Of a stretch of 64,000 bases of DNA, positions 1 through 8,832 are shown piece by piece. Numbering within the stretch: position 1 is the first letter of the stretch; every line of letters starts with the position of its first letter. A model generated the notes under the pieces. It was not told the origin of the DNA, did not search any database, and saw nothing but the letters and a program-made list of their open reading frames with translations. The DNA is from Polyangiales bacterium (GTDB taxonomy: Bacteria; Myxococcota_A; Polyangia; Polyangiales; Polyangiaceae): positions 416,001 to 480,000 of the forward strand of contig JBBRLQ010000002.1 of NCBI GenBank assembly GCA_038231275.1, read 5' to 3'. The translations under genes and the position numbers were made by a program.

Positions 1-748
1 GGCGAAGGACAAGGTCTACATGGGCACCGAGCGCCGCTCGATGGTCATCAGCGACGAGGAGAAGCGGAACACCGCCATCCACGAGGCCGGCCACACGCTC
101 ATCTCGGTGCTCATCGCGCACCACGATCCGGTGCACAAGGTCACCATCATCCCGCGCGGCCCGGCCCTCGGCGTCACGTGGTACCTGCCGAAGGACGACC
201 GCTACAACCTCTCCAAGGAGCAAGCGGAGAGCTCGATCGCCGTCGCCCTCGGCGGGCGAATCGCCGAAGAGATCATCTTCGAGCGCATGACGACCGGCGC
301 CGGCAACGACATCGAGAAGGCGACCGACATCGGCCGCAAAATGGTGTGCGAGTGGGGCATGAGCGAGAAGCTCGGACCGCTCACCTACGGCAAGAAGGAG
401 GAGCAGGTCTTCCTCGGCCGCGACTACGGCAGCCGCCAGCAGGACTACTCGGAGCAGACCGCGGTCGAGATCGACCAGGAGGTCCGCGCGATCGTCCACA
501 AGCAGTACACGCGCGTGCGCGAGCTCTTGACCGAGCACCGCGCCAAGCTCGACGCGCTCGCCGATGCGCTCATCGAGCGCGAGACGCTCGACTCCGAAGA
601 GATCCGCGCGGTCTTCGAGGGCAAGGAGCTCCCGAAGCGCGAGCGCGTGATCATCCCGACGTACGCCGAGAAGGAGAAGCAGGCGAAAGAGAAGCGTAAG
701 GTCGCTTCGATTTTCGGCGGCCCTCCCAAGCCGGCTCCGACGTCGTAG
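1..748 (+). CDS. ftsH: ATP-dependent zinc metalloprotease FtsH, C-terminal part (5' truncated by the window edge)
   Basis: HEAGH zinc motif, [29 protein letters not shown]: peptidase M41 domain. Confidence 0.97.
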   Translation, partial: AKDKVYMGTERRSMVISDEEKRNTAIHEAGHTLISVLIAHHDPVHKVTIIPRGPALGVTWYLPKDDRYNLSKEQAESSIAVALGGRIAEEIIFERMTTGAGNDIEKATDIGRKMVCEWGMSEKLGPLTYGKKEEQVFLGRDYGSRQQDYSEQTAVEIDQEVRAIVHKQYTRVRELLTEHRAKLDALADALIERETLDSEEIRAVFEGKELPKRERVIIPTYAEKEKQAKEKRKVASIFGGPPKPAPTS

Positions 749-774
749 ACGGACAGGCGCTTAACTGCGCGAAA

Positions 775-817
775 CGAGGGCGCCTCCGGTTTCCGGACGG
801 CGCCCTCGGCGCATTTT
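775..817 (+). terminator. Probable intrinsic terminator after ftsH
   Basis: Hairpin cgagggcgcc-tccgg-ttt-ccgga-c-ggcgccctcg followed by gcgcatttt. Confidence 0.6.
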
Positions 818-914
818 CGGCGCCCGGGGAGGCGCGCCTGTGCCTTGCGCTAAAGCTCGGTAGGCACTAAGTTTTGCGACCCTTCAGCACGTTTGCCTAC
901 AAGGAGCACGCGTC

Positions 915-1931
915 ATGTCCACGAAGATTGCCATCAACGGGTTCGGTCGCATCGGTCGCTGCATCCTTCGCGCGATCCATGAGCGCAACATCAACGACCT
1001 CGAGCTCGTGGCAATCAACGATCTGACGGACGCGAAGACGCTCGCGCACCTCTACAACTACGACACCGTCCACGGCCGCGCGAAGGCGAAGGCGACGCCG
1101 GGCGAAGGCTCGCTGACGGTGGACGGCCACAAGGTGAAGATCACGGCCGAGAAGGATCCGGCGAAGCTGCCGTGGAAGGAGCTCGGCGTCGACATCGCGT
1201 TCGAGTGCACCGGCCTCTTCACCGACAAGGAGAAGGCGCAAGCGCACATCGCGGCGGGCGCCAAGAAGGTCATCATCAGCGCGCCGGCGAAGAACCACGA
1301 TCTGACGGTGGTGCTGGGCGTGAACACGGAGAAGTACGACTCCGCGAAGCACCACATCCTGTCGAACGGCTCGTGCACGACCAACTGCCTCGCCCCGATC
1401 GCGAAGGTCCTCTTGGACAGCTTCGGGCTGAAGCAGGGCCTCATGACGACGATCCATTCGTACACCAACGACCAGGCCGTCCTCGACATCCCGCACCGCA
1501 AGGGGGACCTGCGGCGCGCGCGCGCGGCGGCGATGAACATGATCCCGTCGTCGACCGGCGCGGCCAAGGCCCTGGCCGAGGTCATTCCGGAGCTGAAGGG
1601 GAAGTTCGACGGGCAGTCGATGCGCGTGCCGACGATGGACGTCTCGATCGTCGACCTCACCTTCGAGAGCGAGCGGCCGATGACGAAGGACGCGATCCAC
1701 GCCGCGATGAAGGCCGCGAGCGAGGGCTCGATGAAGGGCATCCTCGGCTACACCGAAGAGCAACTCGTCTCGAGCGACTACATCGGCGACCCGCGCTCGT
1801 CGATCTTCGACGCGACGATCACGCAGGTGATGGGCGACCGGTTCGCGAAGGTCTTCTCCTGGTACGACAACGAGTGGGGCTTCTCGAACCGCATGATCGA
1901 TCTCGCCCAGATCGTCGGCGCCAAGCTCTGA
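915..1931 (+). CDS. gap: Type I glyceraldehyde-3-phosphate dehydrogenase
   Basis: INGFGRIGR, SNGSCTTNCLAP, WYDNEWG; RBS aaggag upstream. Confidence 0.98.
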   Translation: MSTKIAINGFGRIGRCILRAIHERNINDLELVAINDLTDAKTLAHLYNYDTVHGRAKAKATPGEGSLTVDGHKVKITAEKDPAKLPWKELGVDIAFECTGLFTDKEKAQAHIAAGAKKVIISAPAKNHDLTVVLGVNTEKYDSAKHHILSNGSCTTNCLAPIAKVLLDSFGLKQGLMTTIHSYTNDQAVLDIPHRKGDLRRARAAAMNMIPSSTGAAKALAEVIPELKGKFDGQSMRVPTMDVSIVDLTFESERPMTKDAIHAAMKAASEGSMKGILGYTEEQLVSSDYIGDPRSSIFDATITQVMGDRFAKVFSWYDNEWGFSNRMIDLAQIVGAKL

Positions 1932-1944
1932 GCGGCGCGCCGTC

Positions 1945-3156
1945 ATGACAGCCAATCCGCTCCAAGGCATCAAGGCGATCAAAGATCTGCCGATCGAGAA
2001 CAAGAAGGTCTTCGTCCGCGTCGACTTCAACGTCCCGCTCGACAAGAAGAATCCTTCGCTCATCACAGATGATTCTCGTATCCGGGAAGCCATCCCGACC
2101 ATCAAGCACGCGCTCGAGCGCGGCGCGCGGGTCATCCTCGCGAGCCACCTGGGGCGACCAAAGCCGGGGAAGACAGCGGGCCTCGGCATGGAGGCGTGCG
2201 GCGCGCGCCTCGCCGAGCTGATGGGCATCGAGGTCCACGTCCCCGAGGACTGCATCGGGGACGCGCCGAAGAAGGTCATCCAGGATCTGCGCGCGGGCCA
2301 GGTGTGTCTGCTCGAGAACCTCCGCTTCCACGAAGAAGAGGAGAAGGACGACCCCGACTTCGCGCAGAAGCTCGCGAACCTCGCCGAGGTGTACGTCGAC
2401 GACGCGTTCGGAGCGGTCCACCGCGCGCACGCAAGCGTGCATGGGATGGCAAAGCTCTTCGCCGATCGCGGGTGCGGGTTCCTCCTCGAGAAGGAGATCG
2501 CCGCTCTCGGAAAGCTGGTGCTCGGCGCCGACAAGCCGTACGTCGCGGTGCTCGGCGGGGCCAAGGTGAGCGACAAGATCGCCGTCATCGAGGCGCTCCT
2601 CGCGCACGTGGACGCGCTCGTCATCGGCGGCGCGATGGCCAACACGTTCCTCGCGGCGAAGGGCGTGAATGTCCAGGCCTCTCGGGTCGAGGAGGACAAG
2701 CTGGCGCTCGCGCGGACGCTGCTCGAAAAGGCGGCAGAAAAGAGGGTCGAGATCCTCCTTCCGGTGGACGTGGTCGTCGCGGAGAGCCTGGAATCGACCG
2801 AGGGCAAGACGGTGCGCGTGTCCGAAATTCCGGAGGGACACATGGCGCTCGACATCGGGCCCGACACGATCGCTGCCTTCGGAAAGCGCTTCGAAACCGC
2901 GAAGACGATCTTCTGGAACGGGCCGATGGGCCTCTTCGAGAAGAAGGCGTTCGCTGCGGGCTCGTTCGGCGTCGCGAAAGCGATGGCCGACTCGAAGGCG
3001 TTCACGGTGGTGGGCGGTGGGGACAGCGCGGCGGCGGTCCACGCCGCCGGCGGCGACATCGCGCAGAAGATGGGCCACATCTCGACGGGCGGCGGCGCGT
3101 CGCTCGAGCTCATCGAGGGGAAGAAGCTGCCGGGGATCGAGGTTCTGCGCTCATGA
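1945..3156 (+). CDS. pgk: Phosphoglycerate kinase
   Basis: RVDFNVP, SHLGRP, LLENLRF, GGAKVSDK, STGGGASLE. Confidence 0.98.
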   Translation: MTANPLQGIKAIKDLPIENKKVFVRVDFNVPLDKKNPSLITDDSRIREAIPTIKHALERGARVILASHLGRPKPGKTAGLGMEACGARLAELMGIEVHVPEDCIGDAPKKVIQDLRAGQVCLLENLRFHEEEEKDDPDFAQKLANLAEVYVDDAFGAVHRAHASVHGMAKLFADRGCGFLLEKEIAALGKLVLGADKPYVAVLGGAKVSDKIAVIEALLAHVDALVIGGAMANTFLAAKGVNVQASRVEEDKLALARTLLEKAAEKRVEILLPVDVVVAESLESTEGKTVRVSEIPEGHMALDIGPDTIAAFGKRFETAKTIFWNGPMGLFEKKAFAAGSFGVAKAMADSKAFTVVGGGDSAAAVHAAGGDIAQKMGHISTGGGASLELIEGKKLPGIEVLRS

Positions 3157-3962
3157 ATCCCACGAGGCGGCCGCTCATCGCGGGAAACTGGAAGATGCAC
3201 CACGGCGGCCCGACCGGCGTCTCGCTCGCGGCGGACGTGGCGGCGATGGCCAAGACGGTTCCCCACACCGACGTCGTCATCGGCCCTCCGTTCACCGCCC
3301 TCGCGGCGTGCGCGGCAGAGGTTCATGGCACTCCATTGACGATCGCCGCCCAGAACATGCACGCGAAGGGCAGCGGCGCATTCACCGGCGAGATCAGCGC
3401 CGCCATGCTCAAGGACGCAGGCTGCACGTGGGCCATCCTCGGGCACAGCGAGCGGCGCCAGCTCTTCGGCGAGACGGACGAGTCGGTGGCGGAGAAGACC
3501 GTCGCCGCGCTCGCCGCCAAGCTGCTGCCCATCGTCTGCGTGGGTGAGACGCTGAAGGAGCGCGAGGCCGGCGAGACGCTCCGCGTCGTGAAGCGCCAGA
3601 TCGACGCCGTCCTCGACATCCTCGCGCAAGACGCCAACGGCGGCGGCACGCCCGTCGCCATCGCGTACGAGCCCGTGTGGGCCATCGGCACCGGCAAGAA
3701 CGCGGGGCCTGCGGAGGCGGAGGAGGTCCACGAAGCCATCCGCACGTGGCTCGGCGGCAAATCGAAGGAGCTCGCCGTGCGCACGCGTATCCTCTACGGC
3801 GGGTCCCTGAAGCCCGACAACGCCGCGGGACTATTGGGTTGTCCGAACGTCGACGGCGGGCTCATCGGTGGCGCGAGCTTGGATGCGGCGCAGTTCGGTG
3901 CTATCGCCCGTGCGGCAGAGGCCATCGCCTCCGTCGCCCCTGGCACCACTAGAAGGTCCTGA
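3153..3962 (+). CDS. tpiA: Triosephosphate isomerase
   Basis: AGNWKM, GHSERR, AYEPVWAIGTG, YGGS, LIGGASL; ATG overlaps pgk stop (ATGA). Confidence 0.98.
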   Translation: MNPTRRPLIAGNWKMHHGGPTGVSLAADVAAMAKTVPHTDVVIGPPFTALAACAAEVHGTPLTIAAQNMHAKGSGAFTGEISAAMLKDAGCTWAILGHSERRQLFGETDESVAEKTVAALAAKLLPIVCVGETLKEREAGETLRVVKRQIDAVLDILAQDANGGGTPVAIAYEPVWAIGTGKNAGPAEAEEVHEAIRTWLGGKSKELAVRTRILYGGSLKPDNAAGLLGCPNVDGGLIGGASLDAAQFGAIARAAEAIASVAPGTTRRS

Positions 3963-4312
3963 TGCTGACCACGATCCTCGACATCATCCACATCGGCGCG
4001 TGCGCGGTCCTCATGTTCGTCGTGCTCCTCCAGCAGGGCAAGGGCGGCGGGCTCGGCGCGGCGTTCGGCGGCGGCGCTGCGGCGCAGGTCTTCGGCGGTC
4101 GGGGGGCCGGCAACATCCTGACGCGCGCGACGGCGATCTGCGCGGGCATCTTCATGCTCACGAGCGTGTCGCTGGCGTACCTCTCGTCGAGCGGCGACCG
4201 CGCGCTCAAGGCGAAGGCGGCGCAAGAGGCGGCGAAGAAGACGAACGACAAGGGCACCGCGCGTCCGAAAGAGGCGAAGCCGGAGCCCAAGCCGCAGGAC
4301 GCGCCGAAGTAA
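3962..4312 (+). CDS. secG: Preprotein translocase subunit SecG
   Basis: VLLQQGKGGGLGAAFGGG motif, two TM segments, conserved position after tpiA. Confidence 0.95.
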   Translation: MLTTILDIIHIGACAVLMFVVLLQQGKGGGLGAAFGGGAAAQVFGGRGAGNILTRATAICAGIFMLTSVSLAYLSSSGDRALKAKAAQEAAKKTNDKGTARPKEAKPEPKPQDAPK

Positions 4313-4454
4313 ACCCCGGAGCATGGAGCATGCTCCGGGATTTACTCGTCGTCTTGTGGGGCTTCGCCCCTCCGCCGCTTCGCGTCGGAACCACCCCATG
4401 TGCCTGCGCCAACCGTGCTGACGCACGGACGAGACTAGAGCCCCAAAAGACGAC
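4310..4454. repeat. REP/MITE-like palindromic intergenic element
   Basis: 16-bp IR taaaccccggagcatg/catgctccgggattta (4310-4344, 1 mismatch); second 16-bp IR gtcgtcttgtggggct (4348-4363) / agccccaaaagacgac (4439-4454, 1 mismatch) enclosing small hairpins. Confidence 0.5.
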
Positions 4455-4459
4455 CGCGC

Positions 4460-5779
4460 GTGCACGCTGAGGAAGGGCGCCGGCGAGACGGGCTCGGCGT
4501 CGACGTCGCGCTCCTGATGGCCTTGAAGGCCGCAGTGACCGTGGGAGTCCTCGCGCTCGGCTTCACGCACGTGTCCGACGATGATTACGCGCGCGTCGTG
4601 ATCGCGGAGTCGTTCGCGCACGCGCCAAAGCTCGATCCGACGGGGACGAGCTGGCTGCCCCTGCCCTTTTGGGTCTACGGCGGCGCGATGATGGCGCTCG
4701 GACGCTCGCTCGGAACCGCGAACGCGCTCGCGGGCGTCCTCGGCGTCGTCGCGACGGCGGCGCCGTACCTCGCCGCGCGGGCGGCCGGTGTGGCACGGCT
4801 CCCGGCGGTGCTCGGAGTCCTCTTGGCGACGACGCTGCCGTGGAGCGCGTGGACGGGCGCAGCGCCGATCCCGGAGATGCCCGCGGCGGCGCTGGTCGCG
4901 ACGGCGGCGCTCGGGTGCGCGTGTCCGCGCGTGCCGTGGTGGGCGGCGGCGTGCGCGTTCGCGGCGGCGCTCTCGCGGTACGAGGCGTGGCCGGTGTGCG
5001 CGATCGTCGCGTTGGCCGCGGTCGCGCGGGGGCGGCGTATTGGCTCGAAGTCGGGAGCATTGGGTGTCGCGGCGCTGGCGATGGCGGGGCCGGCCGTGTG
5101 GATCGCGTGGAACGCGCATGCGCATGGCGATCCGCTTCATTTCGTCGCACGGGTGAGCGCGTACCGGCAAGCGCTCGGCGCCGCGTCGATCCCGCTCGCC
5201 GAGAAGCTCCTCGGCAATCCGGTGGCGCTGATGCGCGGCGCGCCGTTCGTCGGGGTCCTCACGCTCGCGAGCCTCGGCGCGGTCGCGTGGCCCGACGTCC
5301 GCGCGCGCTGGGCGTGGCCGCTCGCGTGCGCCGTCGCGACGGTCGCGTTCCTCGTGTACGGCGATATTCGTGACGGCGCGCCCACACACCACCCAGAGCG
5401 CGCGCTCCTCGGCGCGTGGTGGATCCTCGTCGTGTTCGGCGCGGACGCGGTCGGCGCGTACGCCGCGCGCGCATGGCGGGCGGCGCCACGGGGGCTCGTG
5501 GTAGGTGCGGTCGCGGCGGGGGCCGCGGCTTTCCTTGGATTCTCCGTCGGCGGCTGGCCGGGCTATCCGGGGCGCGTGGGAGACGAGGATCGCGGCGCGC
5601 AGGTCGCGCGCGGTTACTTGCTGCGCGCCCGCGGCGCCGAGCATCTCGACGTGACGCCGTGCGCGTACGAGCACTTCGCGGTCCTCGCGGCGTACGGCGC
5701 TCCGGAGCGCGCGACGGTCGTGGCGTCTGCGCGCGCGCCGGTGGACGCGTCATGTCCGCGCGTCGTCGCTCGGCCCTGA
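4460..5779 (+). CDS. Polytopic membrane protein, possible GT-C fold glycosyltransferase
   Basis: Many hydrophobic segments; SDDDYARV acidic motif after first TM; LSRYEAW motif. Confidence 0.55.
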   Translation: MHAEEGRRRDGLGVDVALLMALKAAVTVGVLALGFTHVSDDDYARVVIAESFAHAPKLDPTGTSWLPLPFWVYGGAMMALGRSLGTANALAGVLGVVATAAPYLAARAAGVARLPAVLGVLLATTLPWSAWTGAAPIPEMPAAALVATAALGCACPRVPWWAAACAFAAALSRYEAWPVCAIVALAAVARGRRIGSKSGALGVAALAMAGPAVWIAWNAHAHGDPLHFVARVSAYRQALGAASIPLAEKLLGNPVALMRGAPFVGVLTLASLGAVAWPDVRARWAWPLACAVATVAFLVYGDIRDGAPTHHPERALLGAWWILVVFGADAVGAYAARAWRAAPRGLVVGAVAAGAAAFLGFSVGGWPGYPGRVGDEDRGAQVARGYLLRARGAEHLDVTPCAYEHFAVLAAYGAPERATVVASARAPVDASCPRVVARP

Positions 5780-7411
5780 CGGTTTCGGTGCTGCCGGGGG
5801 CTGCGCGTCGCTGGCAACGTTGGCCGGGAGCCGGACCAGCGTCCCCGCGAGATCGAAGAGCTCCTCGGTGTGCGCGACGACGGCGATCAGCTTGTGGGGG
5901 GAGAGCTCCTTCACGATGGCGCGGACGCGCGCGATTCCCGCCTGATCCAGGTTCGCGTCGGGCTCGTCGAGGAGGAGCACGGGCGCGTCGATCGCCAGTA
6001 CACGAGCGAGCGCGACGCGCTGGCGCTGCCCGACGGAGAGGGTGCCGATGCGCACGTCGAGCGGCGGCGTACCGGACGACGTGAGCGCGGCCCACACCTC
6101 GACGCTCTGGAGGACGGCGTGCATCGCGTCGTCGGTCGCGTCGGGAGCGAGGAGGTGAATGGCCTCGCGCACCGTCGCGCGATCCGAGAGGTACGGGCGC
6201 TGCGCGAGGTAGGCGATTCCGCGCCGCCAGGCGGCGCCGTCTAGCTCGCGGAGATCGCGGCCATCCACAAGAATTTTGCCCGCCGTCGGCTTCGCCAAGC
6301 CGAGCAGGAGCCGCAACGCCGTGCTCTTGCCTGCGCCGTTCGGGCCCGTGAGCACGAGCGGCGCCCCGCGACACCACGAGAACGATGCGGCCGACAGCGC
6401 GACCCGGCCGGCGCTCGTATACGCGAACGCCGCGCCTTCGGCGTCCACCCGCCGCGGTGCTTCCCCGAGGACGTGGCCCGTTCGCGCGTGCTCACCACGC
6501 GCGCCTTCGAGGATCTCCGCCAGCGCGCGCACACGCGTCCCCACGCGCACGACTTCGTGAAGCGCTCGAGCGAGACCGACGAACGACGGCAGCCCGGCAA
6601 CGACGAGCGCGGTCTCCAACGCCGTCCGCCCTTCGAGCATCTGCTTCCACGACGCTCCTGCCCAGATCCCGATGGCGAGCCCGAGCACCAACGCCAAAAT
6701 CGGCAGGCGACCCACCAACATGCTGAGCCGATCGGCGTGCAGCGACGCGCGACGCCACGCCGCGAGCCTCCCCTTCACGTCTCCTAGGAAGGCGACTTCG
6801 CGGCCGTTTGCGACCAGCTCGAGTCGGCTGGAGAGCATCGCGAGCAGATCGTCGACGACAGGCCCGTGCAATCGCCACGCGCGGTCCTCGTGCCGGCGTA
6901 CCGTTCGTCGGACGAGAATCGCAGCGCCGGCCGCCGCGCCGAGCCCAACCGCGGATGCGGCGACGACGCCGAATGGCTGCGCTGCGACGAACCACGCCAT
7001 GATGACGATCCCGACGAGCGCGTCGGCGACGAGGTCGGGCACGATGTCCGCGACGAATCTCGATCCGTAGACTGCCCCATCGAGCACCGCGCCTTGCGCG
7101 TCCTCGTCGTCGAGAGGGCTCGCGCGGAGGACGTCGCCGCCGAGGAGCGCGTGCGCGGTGGCCGCGTGGAGACGCTCCTGAACCGCGGAGCGCTGCGTGC
7201 TGCGCAAGATGGCGCGCGCGGCGTAAAGAGCCGCGAGGGCGCCGCTCGCGAGCAGCGCCGTCTCCCGTGTTCCGCGGACCAGCTCGAGCGCGAACGCGAT
7301 GGTCCCGGCGCGCTCGAGGACGAGGATCGCTGCGGAGACGGCGACGTCGCGAGTCGGCGAGGAGGCGGAGGCCGACCACACCGTCGAAAGCGGCCACGTG
7401 CGTCTGTGCAT
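5750..7411 (-). CDS. ABC exporter (fused TM + ATPase), lasso peptide transporter (D protein)
   Basis: GPNGAGKS Walker A, LSVGQRQR signature, LLLDEP Walker B, N-terminal TM helices; last gene of the lasso cluster; start codon uncertain. Confidence 0.85.
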   Translation of the reverse strand: MHRRTWPLSTVWSASASSPTRDVAVSAAILVLERAGTIAFALELVRGTRETALLASGALAALYAARAILRSTQRSAVQERLHAATAHALLGGDVLRASPLDDEDAQGAVLDGAVYGSRFVADIVPDLVADALVGIVIMAWFVAAQPFGVVAASAVGLGAAAGAAILVRRTVRRHEDRAWRLHGPVVDDLLAMLSSRLELVANGREVAFLGDVKGRLAAWRRASLHADRLSMLVGRLPILALVLGLAIGIWAGASWKQMLEGRTALETALVVAGLPSFVGLARALHEVVRVGTRVRALAEILEGARGEHARTGHVLGEAPRRVDAEGAAFAYTSAGRVALSAASFSWCRGAPLVLTGPNGAGKSTALRLLLGLAKPTAGKILVDGRDLRELDGAAWRRGIAYLAQRPYLSDRATVREAIHLLAPDATDDAMHAVLQSVEVWAALTSSGTPPLDVRIGTLSVGQRQRVALARVLAIDAPVLLLDEPDANLDQAGIARVRAIVKELSPHKLIAVVAHTEELFDLAGTLVRLPANVASDAQPPAAPKPSGPSDDART

Positions 7412-7433
7412 GGTTTCGCCGGAGACGCGGCCG

Positions 7434-7772
7434 TCAAAGCCGCGCCATCTCCTGGCCCACGACCTCTCCGTCGACCAACGGCTTACCCCGGAGCTCCACC
7501 CACGCGTGCGCTCGAACGGCCCCGACCCCCTCGGTTCGGACACCGATGACGACCTCGGCGTTCGGAAGACGCGCCGCAATGGCAAGGCTGCGGCTCAAGC
7601 AGGTTCCGACCGGCTTGAGCCGGGCGACGGCATCGCGCGCGGCCGCCTCGTCCAACCGGTGCGGAAGACGCGCCCCCAGCCGACCGATCAGCTCGTGCGC
7701 ATCCCGCGGCCTCATGAACGCGAGGGCGACGAGTGCCGCGAGGTTCAGCGCGTGGAGCGACAACATGGTCAC
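7434..7772 (-). CDS. Lasso peptide leader peptidase (B2, transglutaminase-like)
   Basis: GTCLSRSLA (catalytic Cys), VVIGV, AHAWVE; GTG overlaps B1 stop (alternative ATG at 7766). Confidence 0.9.
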   Translation of the reverse strand: MTMLSLHALNLAALVALAFMRPRDAHELIGRLGARLPHRLDEAAARDAVARLKPVGTCLSRSLAIAARLPNAEVVIGVRTEGVGAVRAHAWVELRGKPLVDGEVVGQEMARL

Positions 7773-8047
7773 ACGGGCTCGACCAGACCCCGTCGCACGA
7801 GCTCGTCGGTGAGCGACACCAAGTCCACGACGAGACGATCGAGCGTGACGTCGTGCTCGGGCTCCAGGCGCGCGGCGATCTGCTCCGGCGTCTCTCCCTG
7901 CACGAGACCGCTCCAGACACGCCCTCCCAGCTCGTCGAGGCCGAAGTACTCGCCGCGTTCGAGATCGAGCAGCACCATCTCGCCGTCGAACTCGCGAACG
8001 TGGATGCCCTTGGTCGGTCGCACGCGACCCGTTTTTCCGACGCTCAT
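7769..8047 (-). CDS. PqqD-family RiPP recognition element (lasso B1)
   Basis: 92 aa, DGEMVLLDLERGEYFGLDELGGRVW...LVRRGLV pattern. Confidence 0.92.
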   Translation of the reverse strand: MSVGKTGRVRPTKGIHVREFDGEMVLLDLERGEYFGLDELGGRVWSGLVQGETPEQIAARLEPEHDVTLDRLVVDLVSLTDELVRRGLVEPV

Positions 8048-8832
8048 GACAATCCATCTTCCCCCGGCGCGAGCAGTGAGGCAACCAGCCTCGCCGATTC
8101 ACGCTGGCCATCCAGACCCTTCGGGCGCACGAGCTCGTAGACGGCCACGCGCTCGACGAGACGTCCGAGCTCGGACAGCTCCCACACCTGGGCAGCCGGC
8201 TCGTCCACCACCAGCCGAATCACGTTGGGGACGAGACGCGCGAGCGCGGCTTGCCCTCGCAGTCGCCGGAGCTCAGGCCGTTGCAACGTGGGTTCGAACG
8301 CGAGCGCGCACACGGCGTTCAACCCCTGGCGGGCATCGGCCATTCGCGCCGGCGCCACCGGCTTCTTCACGTCCGCTGCGCAGGGTTCAAGCGAGCCCTT
8401 CACGAGCCAATGCACGCGCTCGGTCGGGGTGACCCGGACGGCCGCACCGTCGAAATCGAGTGCCGTGGTGTCGTCCGCGACGAGGGAGGCGCCTTGGTCG
8501 GCGCAGAGCGTCGCCGCGAGCGTGGATTTGCCGGCGCCGCTTGGACCGAGGAGCGAGACGGCGCGACCACCTCTTGCGACGGCCGCGCCGTGCAGCGTCA
8601 ACCTCCCGCTCGCGTGACGGAGCAACGCCGGCACGAGGCTGGCACGTACCTTTGCGAGGTCGATCGCATCCGCGCCCGGCGACGGCTCGAAGGCGAGCTC
8701 GCGGCCGTCCCTGCTCGCGTAGAGAGTGGCCAAGCCCACGAACTCCGCGACGAGATCGTCGCCGCGCCGCCCCACACGAAACGCGAGCGCGCCATCCTCG
8801 TGCTGCTCGCTGATCCAGTGAACGGCGCTCAC
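8044..8832 (-). CDS. HPr-kinase-like P-loop kinase of lasso cluster
   Basis: LHGAAV, GPSGAGKST Walker A, LVADD; GTG start overlaps cyclase stop. Confidence 0.85.
   Translation of the reverse strand: MSAVHWISEQHEDGALAFRVGRRGDDLVAEFVGLATLYASRDGRELAFEPSPGADAIDLAKVRASLVPALLRHASGRLTLHGAAVARGGRAVSLLGPSGAGKSTLAATLCADQGASLVADDTTALDFDGAAVRVTPTERVHWLVKGSLEPCAADVKKPVAPARMADARQGLNAVCALAFEPTLQRPELRRLRGQAALARLVPNVIRLVVDEPAAQVWELSELGRLVERVAVYELVRPKGLDGQRESARLVASLLAPGEDGLS

Noticed and set aside
897-3731. 944-aa minus-strand ORF
   Set aside because: Antisense shadow of gap-pgk-tpiA caused by high-GC codon bias; no motifs.
4313-4459. tRNA-Leu expected downstream of secG
   Set aside because: No T-loop (GTTCRA), D-loop or acceptor stem pattern found.
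4460-5779. Membrane glycosyltransferase-like gene as a lasso tailoring enzyme
   Set aside because: It is convergent to the cluster (30-nt tail overlap) and co-oriented with the housekeeping genes; no evidence of linkage.
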